64,000 bases of DNA from Macrostomum lignano (taxonomy: Eukaryota): assembly GCA_002269645.1 (NCBI GenBank), contig NIVC01000719.1, positions 114,020 through 178,019 on the forward strand. The letters run 5' to 3'. Positions within the stretch are counted from its first letter, which is position 1. Every line of letters begins with the position of its first letter. Both the position numbers and the translations under genes were made by a program. The notes under the pieces are model-generated. The model was not told the origin of the DNA. It ran no database searches and was given only the letters and a program-made list of their open reading frames with translations. Positions 1 through 12,581 of the stretch are shown in pieces.

Positions 1-114
1 ATAAAAACAAGAAACTAATCAATCTAGACTTGAACTATCTAGTTGAACTATTTAGAATCTAAACTTAAACTTTATACACTTGTAGTCTCTAGAAGTATAC
101 ATGTTATGTATGTA

Positions 115-288
115 CAGTAGCGCAACTAAAAATTTTTTGAGGGGATGGATTCTGGAGGGTAAAGTCCCAGGAGGGGGGGCGGAAGGGGTGGCTCTATTTT
201 TGGCAAAAATTCACTTGGTCCCCCCTTTGATTTTTTTTGGGTCTCCGCCTATGGGGGGCAGCTGCCCCCCCCCCTGGTTGCGCCACTG
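115..288. mobile_element. hAT-like MITE (CAGTRGCGCAAC termini)
   Basis: Starts CAGTAGCGCAAC and ends GTTGCGCCACTG (inverted). Flanked by a near-perfect 8-bp duplication, TGTATGTA/TGTATATA. A related copy lies at 22964-23157. Confidence 0.65.
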
Positions 289-762
289 TGTATATACATT
301 TTTCTATTATATCTAGGCCTAGCAAAAAAATAACTTTAAATCTAATCAAATTTCTTATTTTTTATTATCAGTAGTATTAAAATTTATAAATAAATTTATA
401 ATATATAAATTATATAAATTTATAATGTATTTATAATATAAATTTATTTAGAGCAGCTATACTTTTTAAAACAGAGAAACTGATTTTCCATTATTATTTC
501 ACAATAAATTTAAATGAGAACAATTTATCTGAAAATAGGGCCTAAACAGAAATAGAAATAATGCAGAATATAAATCCATGTTATAACAGATCTAAATCTG
601 AAGATTTTCTGCATTTGCTATTTATACATTTGTATTGATTCCACAAAATAGTAATCTTCATCCATATTTGCATTTTAGTATACAAATCCTTTTTATATCC
701 ATGTCCTATTAGCTCTTAATAAATATATTATTATATACAATATAAAATAGGCCTTACATATT

Positions 763-1236
763 GGGTACTAGTCCTTTCAGTGACAAGTCATTTCAGTGAC
801 AGATGTTTTGGTGACAAATAGTTGTTTCAGTGACAAGTTGCTTTTGTTACAGACACACTTTATTTGAGTAATAGGAGGTACTTCAGAATAGGCCTATCAG
901 CTTGTAGCTTTTTTATGTTTCATTCAAATTTGAACATTTTCATCAACTACCATATAAAAAAGAAATCAAACTAATTATATGGTTTTCTTTTTGTGCAGAT
1001 TGTTTTGAAGTTTCCTAAAATATTTTGAAACATAAACCATAAACTTATAAAGAATCCTCATGAAATGCTGACCACGAGAAAAGCAGAGATATTCACTAGA
1101 CACATTGACATTTAGGTAATTTTCTGTTAAAAATAAAATGGCTATATCACAAAAAGATATTTTTCTTATCACCAAAATGACTTGCTTGTCACCAAAATAT
1201 CACTGAAACATCTTATCACCAAAGTGACTATGATCC
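763..1236. mobile_element. Putative MITE with subterminal TCAGTGACA/TGTCACCAAA repeats
   Basis: Left end has repeated TTTCAGTGACA(A/G) motifs; right end has the inverted motifs (TGTCACCAAA, TCACTGAAA). TSD not clearly resolved. Confidence 0.4.
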
Positions 1237-1252
1237 TATATATTAGCCATGA

Positions 1253-1590
1253 GGGGCCTTAGCCCAGTAGTCTAGCACAGGCTCTGGTGTGCTAGCAACC
1301 CAGGCTCGATTCCAAGTGCAGTCACATTAATTTGGGGCTGAATTGGAATCTTGGCTTGGCTCTGCTCGTGCAATTAACGGCCTTGAGAGCCAACCCCCAA
1401 GGCGCAGTGAAGTGTACATGCCTAACGATAAAATAAGTTAGGGCCGCTGCACACTCCTGTGTGAGTGTGTGCCTGCGTACGTATCCACGCAGCTTGTATG
1501 CCTGCTCAAAGGAGTTGGCAGAATGGGCAGTAATGCCTCTCGCTGGTTGTGTGCCCATGTTGCTTAAAATGCACCAGGGTGCACACAACC
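1253..1590 (+). mobile_element. tRNA-derived SINE, family A, copy 1
   Basis: Head GGGGCCTTAGCCCAGTAG...GGCTCGATTCC carries Pol III A-box- and B-box-like motifs. The body is shared with copies at 5213-5558 and 12350-12581. Confidence 0.75.
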
Positions 1591-2895
1591 TCTGCCTCTA
1601 ATAAAAAATATATATTAGCCACACTTAGGAAGGTTATCACATCTGTATGGAAATATATTTTAGCATATTTTTGGAATGTGCTGTGTGCAAAGCTAAAATA
1701 TAAGTTTGTATACCAAGGCCTACATTTGTTTATTTATATATTTAGTTAGAGCACTAATGCATAATAGAACTAAAAAACTGAGTAAAATGTGAATTAAATC
1801 AATAAGTTAAAATAACAGTATAAGAGATCAATTTTATATCTTTCAAACTGATTACTAGTAAGCACTTTTTAATTTAAAACTGTTTTTTAGCTCACATTGA
1901 AAATTGTCAAAAATCAGCTAAAACTTTCTGATAAAGTGCCATTTTGAATTGAATTATTTGTTTAACTTACCAAAAAGCAATTATTTAATTGATTAATTTG
2001 GAAAAAAAATCTAAAAGAATATTTTTTTGCTTTGCATTATCTGTAGATTATACATTTTGGATGACCCATTGTAAGCTAAGTTTTTCTGATCAGCATTTGC
2101 TTAGTATCACTATGAATTAAAAATTTCTGTTTGACTTTTGTTGTACAACTTTTTTAGTTCATGTGCTAGAATTTTCTGCCTCTGTACACCTTCCTGGGTG
2201 TGGCATATTAAAAGATATTAGTGTAGACTATTTATCTGCCAGCTTTAAAAATATATCTTATATCTTATTATTCTTCTATATAAAAATAAGTTATCAAATT
2301 GCACAAATGTAATGTCAGTTCTAGTATTAGTAATTGGAATTAGTTAGATTAGATATATAAGAATGAAGTTCAATTCAATTCAGATACTAGATAGATATAG
2401 TATTTTAAGCCCAAGATAGATTGAATCTTGTCAGTAAATTAATGTACAGCACTAATATGATTACTAATTAGATTACGAGGCATTTTTGTCACTGAAAGTT
2501 GTTACTCCCGCCGTTTACCTTTCACTTTTTTTGAAAGACAATCTGTGTATGTACTATGCTCAGATGTATGCTCTAAGCCACAAAAAATCTATTTAAGATA
2601 CACCAAAAATTTAATGTTAAAAATGAAGGTTACATTAACAAGTAATTGTGTAATAAAAAATTTATTTATTTACCAATGCGCTGTGCTAGGGACCTTAATT
2701 TATACCATAATTATACAAAGAATCTATTAAAGACTTTGTATACAATTTTTTGAATCTTTAGACCTATATTTACTGATACATTTTATGCAGAAACTAAAAA
2801 ATGTTGGCTGCATAAAAAAAGAACAATGTAGTTTAATGCATTTTTATAGCAAAATTCATGAAGTTTTTAATTACATACTTTTCCTATTTTTTTAG

Positions 2896-4628
2896 ATCAT
2901 CTTCAAAGGACTGGAAGATTTGCTAACTGTGCTGAAAATGTATTACAGGTAATCATTAATTATGATTTTGAATGGAATTTACGATTCGTATTTGATAATT
3001 GGTATAGCTACCATTTTTTATATTAATTTTATAGTGGTTCACCTGCTGCTGTCTCAACTGATGCCAATGGCCAGTCTGAAGATCAAGAAGCTGATGCAAT
3101 GCCAGCCGACTGCAACGGCACTGGCAGCGGCGAGTCAGCCCAGAAGAAAAAGAAAAAGAAGAAGCAGAGAAAGTCGGAGCCGGCTGCCGAGTCAGAAGCT
3201 GTCAAAGCAGAGGAGGCGCCGGTGACAGAGAAGCAGGAAGAGACTGTTGCAGAGCCGGCCGCTGCCGTTCCTGCTGACGCCGAAGAGAAGAAATCCAAAA
3301 AGAAGAAAAAGAAACGCCAGTTGGAAGCTGCAGAGCAGCCTGATGAGACGGCCAACGGTCAGGCTGAGACTGATGAAGCCCAGCTGAAGGAAGCTGAGCC
3401 GGAGGCCGCTGCCGAATCCGAGGAAGCGCCCAAGTCTAAGAAGCGAAAGAAGCAACGCCGAGAAGTCGAGGAAGATGTCAGCAAGACCGCTGATGAAGAA
3501 TGCAGTGTGAGTGCCGACTCGTAGCTTGGTGTCGGGCTAATCTTGGTCAGATTTTTTTTGCCTAGGATTCCTAGGAAAGCAAAGTCGGCCTTAGTAAAAG
3601 GATTTTCTGGCTTTCAATATTTCAATTTCGATATTGTTGACAAAATGGGATGTCAAAATCCGTTTCAGAAGCTGGAGGCCGATGGGCAGGAAGTTCAGGA
3701 GAAGCAGACTGAAGCTTCCGCCGAACTCAATGGATCGAAAAGTGGAAAGGTGCGACACTAAATAGCTACTAGTAGTAGTTAGACAGGTTATTTTATTCTT
3801 TAATCCAGTCTTATTATCTTCCCATATTTGCATTTATTCCTATCTTTATTATCGATCAATAATCACATCCAATCCTGTCTTTATTATCGATCAATAATCA
3901 CATCCAATCCTGTCTTTATTATCGATCAAAAGTCGCATCTAATCCTGTCTTTATTATCGATCAAAAGTCGCATCTAATCCTGTCTTTATTATCGATCAAT
4001 AGTCGCATCTAATCCGGTCTTTATTATCGATCAAAAGTCGCATCTAATCCTGTCTTTATTATCGATCGATAATCGCATCTAATCCGGTCTTTATTATCGA
4101 TCGATAATCGTCTCTAATCCGGTCTTTATTATCAATCAATAATCGTCTCTAATCCGGTCTTTATTATCAATCAATAATCGTCTCCTTAGAATCACCGAAT
4201 AGCTCAGTTGAAGAATTTTTTTACAGTTTACAATCAGCTCTAATCTGACCAGTGATTTATTAAACCGCTATTCCAGAACAAGAAGCGGCATAACGAACCA
4301 TATCGTCGCGTTCGCGAAGACGAAGTGATAAATAAGCATTTTCGAGATAACAGCTTCGATGCTAAGGTAAGAGAAATGTACTTTAATTCACTAATTGTAG
4401 TTTTCTAATATGCTAATACTCATTTCTGACAAAATGGATTGTGTGCACTATAAATTCGGCCAGCCCGGCGCCGCCTCCAGCTGGGGCTACAAGGCCAACG
4501 AGGATCTTAAGCCGACGCAGGGTCGCTCGTTTCGTCACGAGAAGACAAAGAAAAAACGCGGCAGCTACAAAGGCGGCGCTATCGACACGGGCGTGTGCTC
4601 GATCAGATTCGAGTCCGACTCGGAGTGA
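2896..4628 (+). CDS. NOLC1: Nopp140/NOLC1-like nucleolar protein with C-terminal SRP40_C domain (5' end unresolved)
   Basis: Phase-compatible GT-AG exons 2896-2948, 3035-3506, 3669-3749, 4277-4366, 4464-4628. The C-terminus EPYRRVREDE...DNSFDAK / WGYKANEDLKPTQGRSFRHEKTKKKRGSYKGGAIDTGVCSIRFESDSE is the SRP40_C signature; the middle is K/E/A-rich. Confidence 0.85.
3845..4185. repeat. 35-bp intronic minisatellite
   Basis: About 9-10 copies of ATCGATCAAWAGTCGCATCTAATCCKGTCTTTATT in a NOLC1 intron. Confidence 0.9.
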
Positions 4629-5212
4629 AGTTAGGCGACTTGAACTCAAGCGATTCAGCCTTAGACACATCTCAGGCTGCTGCATTTCGTTATTATCCCA
4701 ACTTCTACTAAATTGCGATCTGTGGTGTGTCGAATGTAAGCCTGGTTGCTGTTTTTGATTGCGTTTATAATGATAAATACATTGGCGGATCATTACCGAG
4801 TATGGCGAAAGTATAATCTTTATTTGCGCGTTTTGACAGGAAAAAAATATGCTTAGAGTTGTTTTTTAAGACCTTCTGGGATATTAAGGGTATGATGAAA
4901 AAAACTTTTTTTCGGTGTCCATAGTCACCCGGTGCTACCCGTTGAAGGTGCCGACGGCGTCGGGGTGATGATGGAATGCTTGAGAGACTAGCTGTGGATG
5001 TTGAGCAGTTGGGTGCCTCGGCGCTCTGGTGATGAACCCCGATGACATTATCGAGGAACCAGGTCTAGCGCGCCGAGCACCTTCTCAGGAATGTCTGAGC
5101 TGTCACAGGCGCTTGCGCTGACCTCTCAGGCTGCTGCTGTCTGCTCCTCCCTCCTGTTCTTCGAGCGCATTCGCGTTCGTTTATGGGTCGGATAGTTACA
5201 GTTACAGGGAAG

Positions 5213-5558
5213 GGCCTGTGTGCACCCTGGCGCACTTTAATCGACATTGTCACACAACCGGCGAGAGGCATTACTGCCCATTCTGCCGACTCCCATGAGC
5301 AGGCACACAAGTGCGCGGATACGTACGCAGTCATAAGCACAGGCATATACTCGCACAGGAGTGTACAGCGGCCCTAACTTTATCGTTAGACATGTAAACT
5401 TCCTGTGCCTGTGGGGGGGTTGGTCCTGATCATGGGCGTTAATTGCATGAGCAGAGCAGAGATTCCAATTTAGCTCTAAATTAATGTGACTGCACTTGGA
5501 ATCGAGCCTGGGCCGCTGGTACATCAGAGCGCCGCGTCAGACCACTGGGCTACGGCCC
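5213..5558 (-). mobile_element. tRNA-derived SINE, family A, copy 2
   Basis: Reverse complement begins GGGCCGTAGCCCAGTGGTCTGACGCGGCGCTCTGATGTACCAGCGGCCCAGGCTCGATTCC; body matches 1253-1590. Confidence 0.75.
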
Positions 5559-6433
5559 GCTTTTGTCGGTGGCATTCAATATACTCGTATTTAATGTTTA
5601 CGTAAACATTTACTACCAAATTCTCTGACACAAACCAGAAACTCGATCTCTGCCGACCGCCTATTGACAAACATGAAAAAAATTATTAAGTTGCTGCAGC
5701 AGAGCAAAACGTAAAATTTTATGTGCAAGTGCTATTCTAACTGTAATAGAGAATAATCAAGTGTATTATTAACAGATGAATATTTTTTACCTTTTTTTAT
5801 AGTTGATAGAAAAAGGTAAAAAATATTCATCTGGTAATATGAATAGAAGGCCTGCGGAAAGTGGGTAGAGTCGAAGCAAGCAGCTTTCAAAAATAAAATT
5901 ATCCAAAATGTGAAAAAAAACAAGCAAAATTGTTAATGTAAAGAAAACACTTATTAAACAGAATCCGTTGAAGTATTATTAAAACACAATTGCAGTAGCT
6001 AGTTAAGAATCTAATTAGAAAAAAATTCATTTGATTTGATAAGTGGCTCCAGATTCAGCTGTTTCTACAGATGAAGACAAACTAATTAGTAAACTAAAAA
6101 TTGTTTACGAGCGTAACACATAAAGGTAAGTATGTGGTATGTGAAAGCTTGTGACATGTTGATATCAGCATGTACGACAGGATTCATACCAGAACAATAT
6201 AAAGAACATTTAAGTTTCATTAACGAACAGAGCATAAACTCAAATCTTGACATCTATGTCTTGAGAACTCGCGAAAATGGTCTGATATAAAATTCTTTCT
6301 GCTATTCAGTGTCCGCAGTAGTCAGCCAAAACAGTTGGTGGAAACTCGGCCTATAGACTCACCACCAAGTTGTCAAGAGTCATCCAAAACTCAAAATTTG
6401 GATTTTTATGCCTTCAGTATTAAAATAACCGGC

Positions 6434-8370
6434 TCAGGCGCAGCTGCCAGGGCGGATCAGGCCGAACAGCAACAGGCCGCTGTCGCTCAGCGAGTTGCCG
6501 CCCGACTCGCCGCTGCAGCCGACGCCGGAGCAGAAGGAGCCGCCGCCGCCGCCGGCCTGCGGATACCAGCTACCGGCTCCACCGCCGCTGAAGCCGCCGC
6601 CGCCTCCGGCAGCGCCGCTTTGATGGCTGCCGCCTCCGCCTCCACCGAAGCCACCGATGGCGCCCTCGTTGCCGTGTCCGGCGACGCCGCCGATCCAACT
6701 CTCGTTGATGCCGCCTCCTCGATCGCCGTAGCACCTGTTGGTCTTGGCGTTGGCGACTCCCAGCCAGCCGGCTCCCAGGCCGCCCTTGTATGTCCTTGTA
6801 GACGGTCCGTAGCTCCCGGACTGCCCGTTCGCACCGCCGTAGCCGACGTAGGAAGCCGTGCCGACCGAGTCGGTTCCGTTTGGACCAGCCGATCCGTTCA
6901 CGCCTGCGTTGAGGCCACAAAGATAGCAAAGATCGGAGCTGTGAGTCACCTAAATGCACTACGGTGATCACCATTAAAAGTACTTTAGAATCGTTGGTAT
7001 CGTTAGAAGTGAAATCACGTTAGAGGTATCATGTTATTCTTAATTAATAGCCTGTATCTGAATTTATACCTTTGTATCCGATGGAGCCACCGCCGCCTCC
7101 GCCGGCAGCCAGGTACAGCAGGTTGTCCGAGCTCCGGTACACGAAGGTGCCGCCGCCGCCGCCAGAAGCGGCGTGGTTGTAACTCTGAGTGGCGTCGCCG
7201 CCCCGCTGTCCGATCACCAGGCTGAGCTGCGTTCCCGCCGTCAGGTTGAAGCTGCCTCCGATGCGGGCCCCGAATCCGCCGGTGTAGACGGGGCTGAAGG
7301 CCGGGTTGGTGCTGCCGCCTCTGGCTCCGAGCGCCTCCATGCGGTAGCAGCCGGTCTCGTTCACCGTCAGGGTCTGGATGGAGCCGGTCCGGCCCGAGCT
7401 GCTGTCTGGAATGCGGGTCAGCTCCTCTGTGAGCGCTGCCGTGCAAAACTGAACAACAGTGCTTCTATTTGATAGGCAAGAGTGAAATGAGCAATCTCAC
7501 TTTTATAGGCATAGATGGCCTTGGTTAGCTGGGATTCGAAATTTTCCGACAAGAATACTTCATCAGGACCAGCTCGAATTTCAGTTTTAATATCGCACTC
7601 GACCTTCTTCGATTCATTGAACGCCAGGGTCTCCAGTTGAACCATCTGACAGACTCCGTCCTTGAAGGCCACAGCCGAGAAGCCGGAGCTGCTGGCCCTG
7701 AAGATGCACTCGGTGCTGCTTCGAATGTCCCGGAGAGTGTGCACTGACTTGCAGACATACTTGTCCCCCTCGAGCTTGAAGGCGGCTAAGCCAGGTGGCG
7801 CTTTCGTCAGGTGAAAAGCCTCACCGGAGCTCGGGGCTGAGTCGGCTGTGGATGAGCCGATGAGTCCTGGAACAGTTCAAAGCGGATCTGAATGGAGGAG
7901 CTGGTCAGTTAATGAGTGGTGAAGTCATGAGTCCTGGAACAGTTCAGAGCGGAACTGAATGGAGGAGCTGGTCAGTTAATGAGTGGTGAATTCATGAGTC
8001 CTGGAGCAGTTCAGAGCGGAACAGAATGGAGGAGCTGGTTAGTTAATGAGTGGTGAAGTCATGAGTCCTGGGGCAGTTCAGAGCGGAATAGAATGGAGGA
8101 GCTGGTCAGTTAATGAGTAGTAAAGTCATGAGTCCTGGGGCAGTTCAGAGCGGAACAGAATGGAGGAGCTGGTTAGTTAATGAGTGGTGAAGTCATGAGT
8201 CCTGGGGCAGTTCAGAGCGGAACAGAATGGAGGAGCTGGTCAGTTAATGAGTAGTGAAGTCATGAGTCCTGGGGCAGTTCAGAGCGGAATAGAATGGAGG
8301 AGCTGGTCAGTTAATGAGTGGTGAAGTCATGAGTCTCACCCGTCAGAAACAGAACAGGCAGTAGCTGCAT
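6434..8370 (-). CDS. Secreted protein with ALK/LTK-type glycine-rich domain and a Cys-containing (PAN/apple-like) N-terminal region, copy A
   Basis: Exons 8370-8340, 7866-7501, 7435-7070, 6903-6434 total 1233 nt in frame. Hydrophobic leader MQLLPVLFLTG. Motifs IQTLTVNETGCYRMEALGARGG, GGFGARIGGSFNL, LVIGQRG, GGGGGTFV, LAAGGGGG, GGGFSGGGAG match the ALK/LTK Gly-rich family. Confidence 0.8.
7862..8335. repeat. 67-bp minisatellite in intron 1 of Gly-rich copy A
   Basis: About 7 copies. On the coding strand each unit ends ...CCAG-GACTCAT, a copy of the real 3' splice junction. Confidence 0.9.
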
Positions 8371-9640
8371 GACAATTATTTGTGGTTTAAGTTTCGCGCG
8401 CGATGGAATGGAACGCTGCGAGCTCTCGATTGTCTCTGCGAGCGTTTCTTAAATGCAATGCAGATAATTCAACTCTCACCTTGTTTATCAACTATCGGTA
8501 AACAGTTTACCGTTCCCAATGCGACATCTGACGCTGCCCTCCTGCAGGCACACACCGGAAGTCACACCGTTAGGTATTGGGTTTGTCTCCTGCCCTGTCA
8601 ACAAGCAAACGAAACTGATGTGCGGCGTTGTCAAGGCAAATAAAATGATATTGTCATCTGAAACCTGTTTGTTCGTAAAAAGTCTCTTGTACTCGGGTTA
8701 TCCGTTTGCTGATGAGGTATTTACCCATGGTATAAAATTTACTTAGTTTTCATCACTCTTTGTTGACCGTGTCTGCAGGAGTTCCGCGTATCTTTCGTTT
8801 TCTATTGCTTCCCAAATGCAAAATTATACCTTTCGTTGGATACAGGGATTCACTCGATTGAGATTCTGGCTAGATTAAATCTTCACGACTGCTGTCAGTA
8901 GACAGGGATGTAGCATCCCAGATAAAATTTTCCCTGGTCACTGCGTTACGGATGCAGCAGACACGAAGGGGAGCATCACACGCCTTGGCTTAGTTGCTTG
9001 CCAAGGCAAAATAATTTGTTAACAAGGAGCTGGAGCATAGCCGAGCTACAGTAAGACTAACTGCATACATGCAAATCTACATGTAAGCTTAAGAAAGTCT
9101 AACCCAAGAGACACAGACGTTAGTGAGTCTGGCCCAATGCATTGCATTGATGGCGCACACACGCATGCAGATGCAGAGCTGGCTGTAAAACTCTTGGACC
9201 ATGCAGTCAAAGCTTCTTTGTCTCAGCCAATGCTGCTGGGCGAGGAGGCCTATTCAGTAAGGATTGCCCAGCAAGCCCCCGTGTCAGCGGAGCTGATCGC
9301 GCAGCGCTGTCACAGTTCAGTAACTTCAGTAACTCTGGGCTTCGCCTTCATTGTCTTGCTCGGCCCTGAAACGTCTGTCAAAATCACCCCACAAGTTTCT
9401 AGGCCTCGACTCTAATTCTATTTACACGCGGTGGCCGAGTGATAGAACCTCTTCCCCCGCAAGTTGCCTGCAGCCAATCAGACAGATGAGGCATCGCCGC
9501 GTTGGCATGGGAACCCGCATCACCTAATACCCCATTTGGTTGTTTTTAAATACCCGGCCGCTTGGATGAAGGCCGAGCGCTTCCATCAAAAGCTTCAAGA
9601 CGACTTATACCCCTGCTAACAAACTGCTTTGGCTTCAACC

Positions 9641-11387
9641 ATGTTTCTGCTCTTTCTGCTTCTCATCGGTAAGGCTGTTTAGCTCCTTCAGTTAGTTTGT
9701 GATTGTCTCTGTCTCCACTGCGATTTCTCAAAACCTTGCAGGACTTGTTGGTCTAACGGCGGCCGAAAACCCTACCGGCGAGGTGTTCCATCTGAAGCAG
9801 GCACCCGCCGGCTCGGTTGTCGTGGAGAAGAATGTCTGCAAGTCAGTGCACACTCTCCGGGACATTCGAAGCAGCACCGAGTGCATCTTCAGGGCCAGCA
9901 GCTCCGGCTTCTCGGCTGCGGACTTCAAGGACGGAGTCTGTCAGATAATTAAACTGGAGACCCTGGCGTTCAATGAATCAAACGAGTGCGATTTTAAAAA
10001 TGAAATTCGAGCTGGTCCTGATGAAGTATTCTTGTCAGAAAATTTCGAATCCCAGCTAACCAAGGCCATCTACCTGCATGCCTATAAAAGTGAGATTTTG
10101 TTCATTTCATTCTTGCTTGTCAACTACCAGCGTAGTATCTGTTGTTCAGTTTTGAACGGCAGCGCTCACAGAGGAGCTGACCCGCATTCCAGACAGCAGC
10201 TCGGGCCGGACTGGCTCCATCCAGACCCTGACGGTGAACGAGACTGGCTGCTACCGCATGGAGGCGCTCGGAGCCAGAGGCGGCAGCTCGAACAGCCCCG
10301 TCTACACTGGTGGATTCGGGGCCCGCATCGGAGGCAGCTTCAACCTGACGGCGGGAACGCAGCTCAGCCTGGTGATCGGACAGCGGGGCAGCGACCCGTC
10401 TGAATCGAGTTCCAGCGGCCCATCTGGCGGCGGCGGCGGCACCTTCGTGTACCGGAGCTCGGACAACCTGCTGTACCTGGCTGCCGGCGGAGGCGGTGGC
10501 GGCGCGGCTGGATTCAACGGTGATTGAAATTGTGCCTCTCCTGACATTTGCTTTATCATCAGCTTGCACATGCAGAACTTGCCGTCTTTCCGGCTTCATC
10601 ATCTGCGTGCACATGCAGAACTTGCCGTCTTTCCGGCTTCATCATCTGCGTGCACATGCAGAACTTGCCGTCTTTCCGGCTTCATCATCTGCGTGCACAT
10701 GCAGAACTTGCCGTCTTTCCGGCTTCATCATCTGCGTGCACATGCAGAACTTGCCGTCTTTCCGGCTTCATCATCTGCGTGCACATGCAGAACTTGCCGT
10801 CTTTCCGGCTTCATCATCTGCGTGCACATGCAGAACTTGCCGTCTTTCCGGCTTCATCATCTGCGTGCACATGCAGAACTTGCCGTCTTTCCCGCTTCAA
10901 CACCGCAGGACGGAACGGATCGGCCGGCCCGAACGGAAGCGGCTCCGTCGGCTCCGTGTCGGCCTCCTACATCGGCTCTGGCGGTGCGAGCGGACAGCCC
11001 GGGAGCTACGGACCGTCACTCAGCTCGTGGAGGGGAGGCCTGGGAGCCGGCTGGCTGGGAGCCGCCAACGCCAGGACCAGCACTTGCTCCGGCGATCGAG
11101 GAGGCGGCATCGGCCAGGGCTGGGTCGGCGGCGTCGCCACCACTCATTCCAACGTGGGCGCCGTCGGAGGCTTCGGCGGAGGCGGAGGCGGCAGCCACTC
11201 AATCGGCTCTTCCGGAGCCGGCGGCGGCTTCAGTGGCGGTGGAGCCGGCAGTCAAGGCACGCAGGCCGGCGGCGGCGGCGGCTCCTTCTGCTCCGGCGTC
11301 GGCTGCAGCGGCGAGTCGGGCGGCAACTCGCTGAGCGACAGCGGCCTGCTGCTGTTCGGCCTGATCCGCTACGGCAGCTGCGCCTGA
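9641..11387 (+). CDS. Secreted protein with ALK/LTK-type glycine-rich domain, copy B (paralog of 6434-8370)
   Basis: Exons 9641-9668, 9742-10089, 10163-10519, 10909-11387 total 1212 nt in frame. Leader MFLLFLLLIG; same exon phases and motifs as copy A. Confidence 0.8.
10565..10890. repeat. 43-bp minisatellite in intron 3 of Gly-rich copy B
   Basis: About 7.5 copies of TGCACATGCAGAACTTGCCGTCTTTCCGGCTTCATCATCTGCG. Confidence 0.9.
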
Positions 11388-12349
11388 GCCGGCCATGCCT
11401 TGTACTGGAGGCAAAAAGATAAAATTTTGTGGTTTGGATGACTCTGACAACTTGGCGTTTAAGTTTAGGACAGGTTTCGACCAACACGTGTTTTGACTGA
11501 CCTTTGCGGACACTGCATGGATACGAGCGTAGCAGATGGGTTTTTCATATCGGACCATTTTTGAGAGTTTTTACGTCACAGATTTAGGTTGATACTGAGA
11601 TCTCTAATGAAGCTGATAAAGAACTTGATATCAGATGTTTTTAATGCTAATCTTTACTTGATATTGTTCTGATCGGAAGTTTAATAACTTAAGAATCGCT
11701 GGTTTTTGTTGATGGAATTAGAGAACAAAGATAGCAGTTACCAGTTAATGACCGTTGGATGCCTGAAATTTGTTTATTTTTGTATTTTTGCTATGCTGTC
11801 TATTTTTTGAAGATAATTATTTTGCAAACCTTGCTGTAGCTGACACACGCGTATTTGAATTCTTTGTTGTTAAACTGCCTATCTGATTTTACTGTTTATG
11901 GAATATTTCTATTTTCTTTTTTAGTGTATTTACGTCTTTTTTGATATATTTACGTATATCATGAATATTTATGCAAGTTTTTGTAACCCCCCCTAATGCC
12001 CTAAAGCAAATTAATCTTTTCAACTGATTGTTAAAACTTTCAATGTAATTCTAGTTTCCTTTTTGCCTAAACTCGCGATTTTTTGCAACTATAAGCTATT
12101 TTACTCGTTCATATACGCTGTTTCCTAATGCTGCCATATTTAACTTTTGCTTTAAGCTGTGTTTAGTTAAGTCGATAATAAGGTGGCAAAATTTTATTTT
12201 CTGTAGCCAATGTAAACGTGAAAACTTGTCGCTAAAATTGTTAAATTCTTTTTTTTTGGAGCACAATAAACAGAGCTTATAGTTTTCTAAAATAAAATCA
12301 CTGATTCTATCAATTAACCAATCATATCGCTTTTCATTGATTTTATTAG

Positions 12350-12581
12350 AGGCCCACTCTGCCGACTCCCCTGAGCAGGCACACACTCACACAGGAGTGT
12401 ACAGCGGCCCTAACTTTATTTATCGTTAGGCATGTACACTTCACTCAAGCTCGGAGTTAATTGCACGAGCAGAGCCAAGCCGAGATTCCAATTCAGCCCC
12501 AAATTAATGTGACTGCACTTGGAATCGAGCCTGGGCCGCTGGCACACCAGAGCCTGCGTTGGACGACCAGGCTACGGCCCC
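12350..12581 (-). mobile_element. tRNA-derived SINE, family A, copy 3 (3'-truncated)
   Basis: Shares GTGACTGCACTTGGAATCGAGCCTGGG and the head sequence with copies 1 and 2. Confidence 0.75.

Noticed and set aside
9699-10403. Continuous ORFs 9699-10403 and 7015-7446 as single proteins
   Set aside because: They read through introns and switch to the wrong frame; the spliced models using acceptors at 10162 and 7436 restore the conserved domain.
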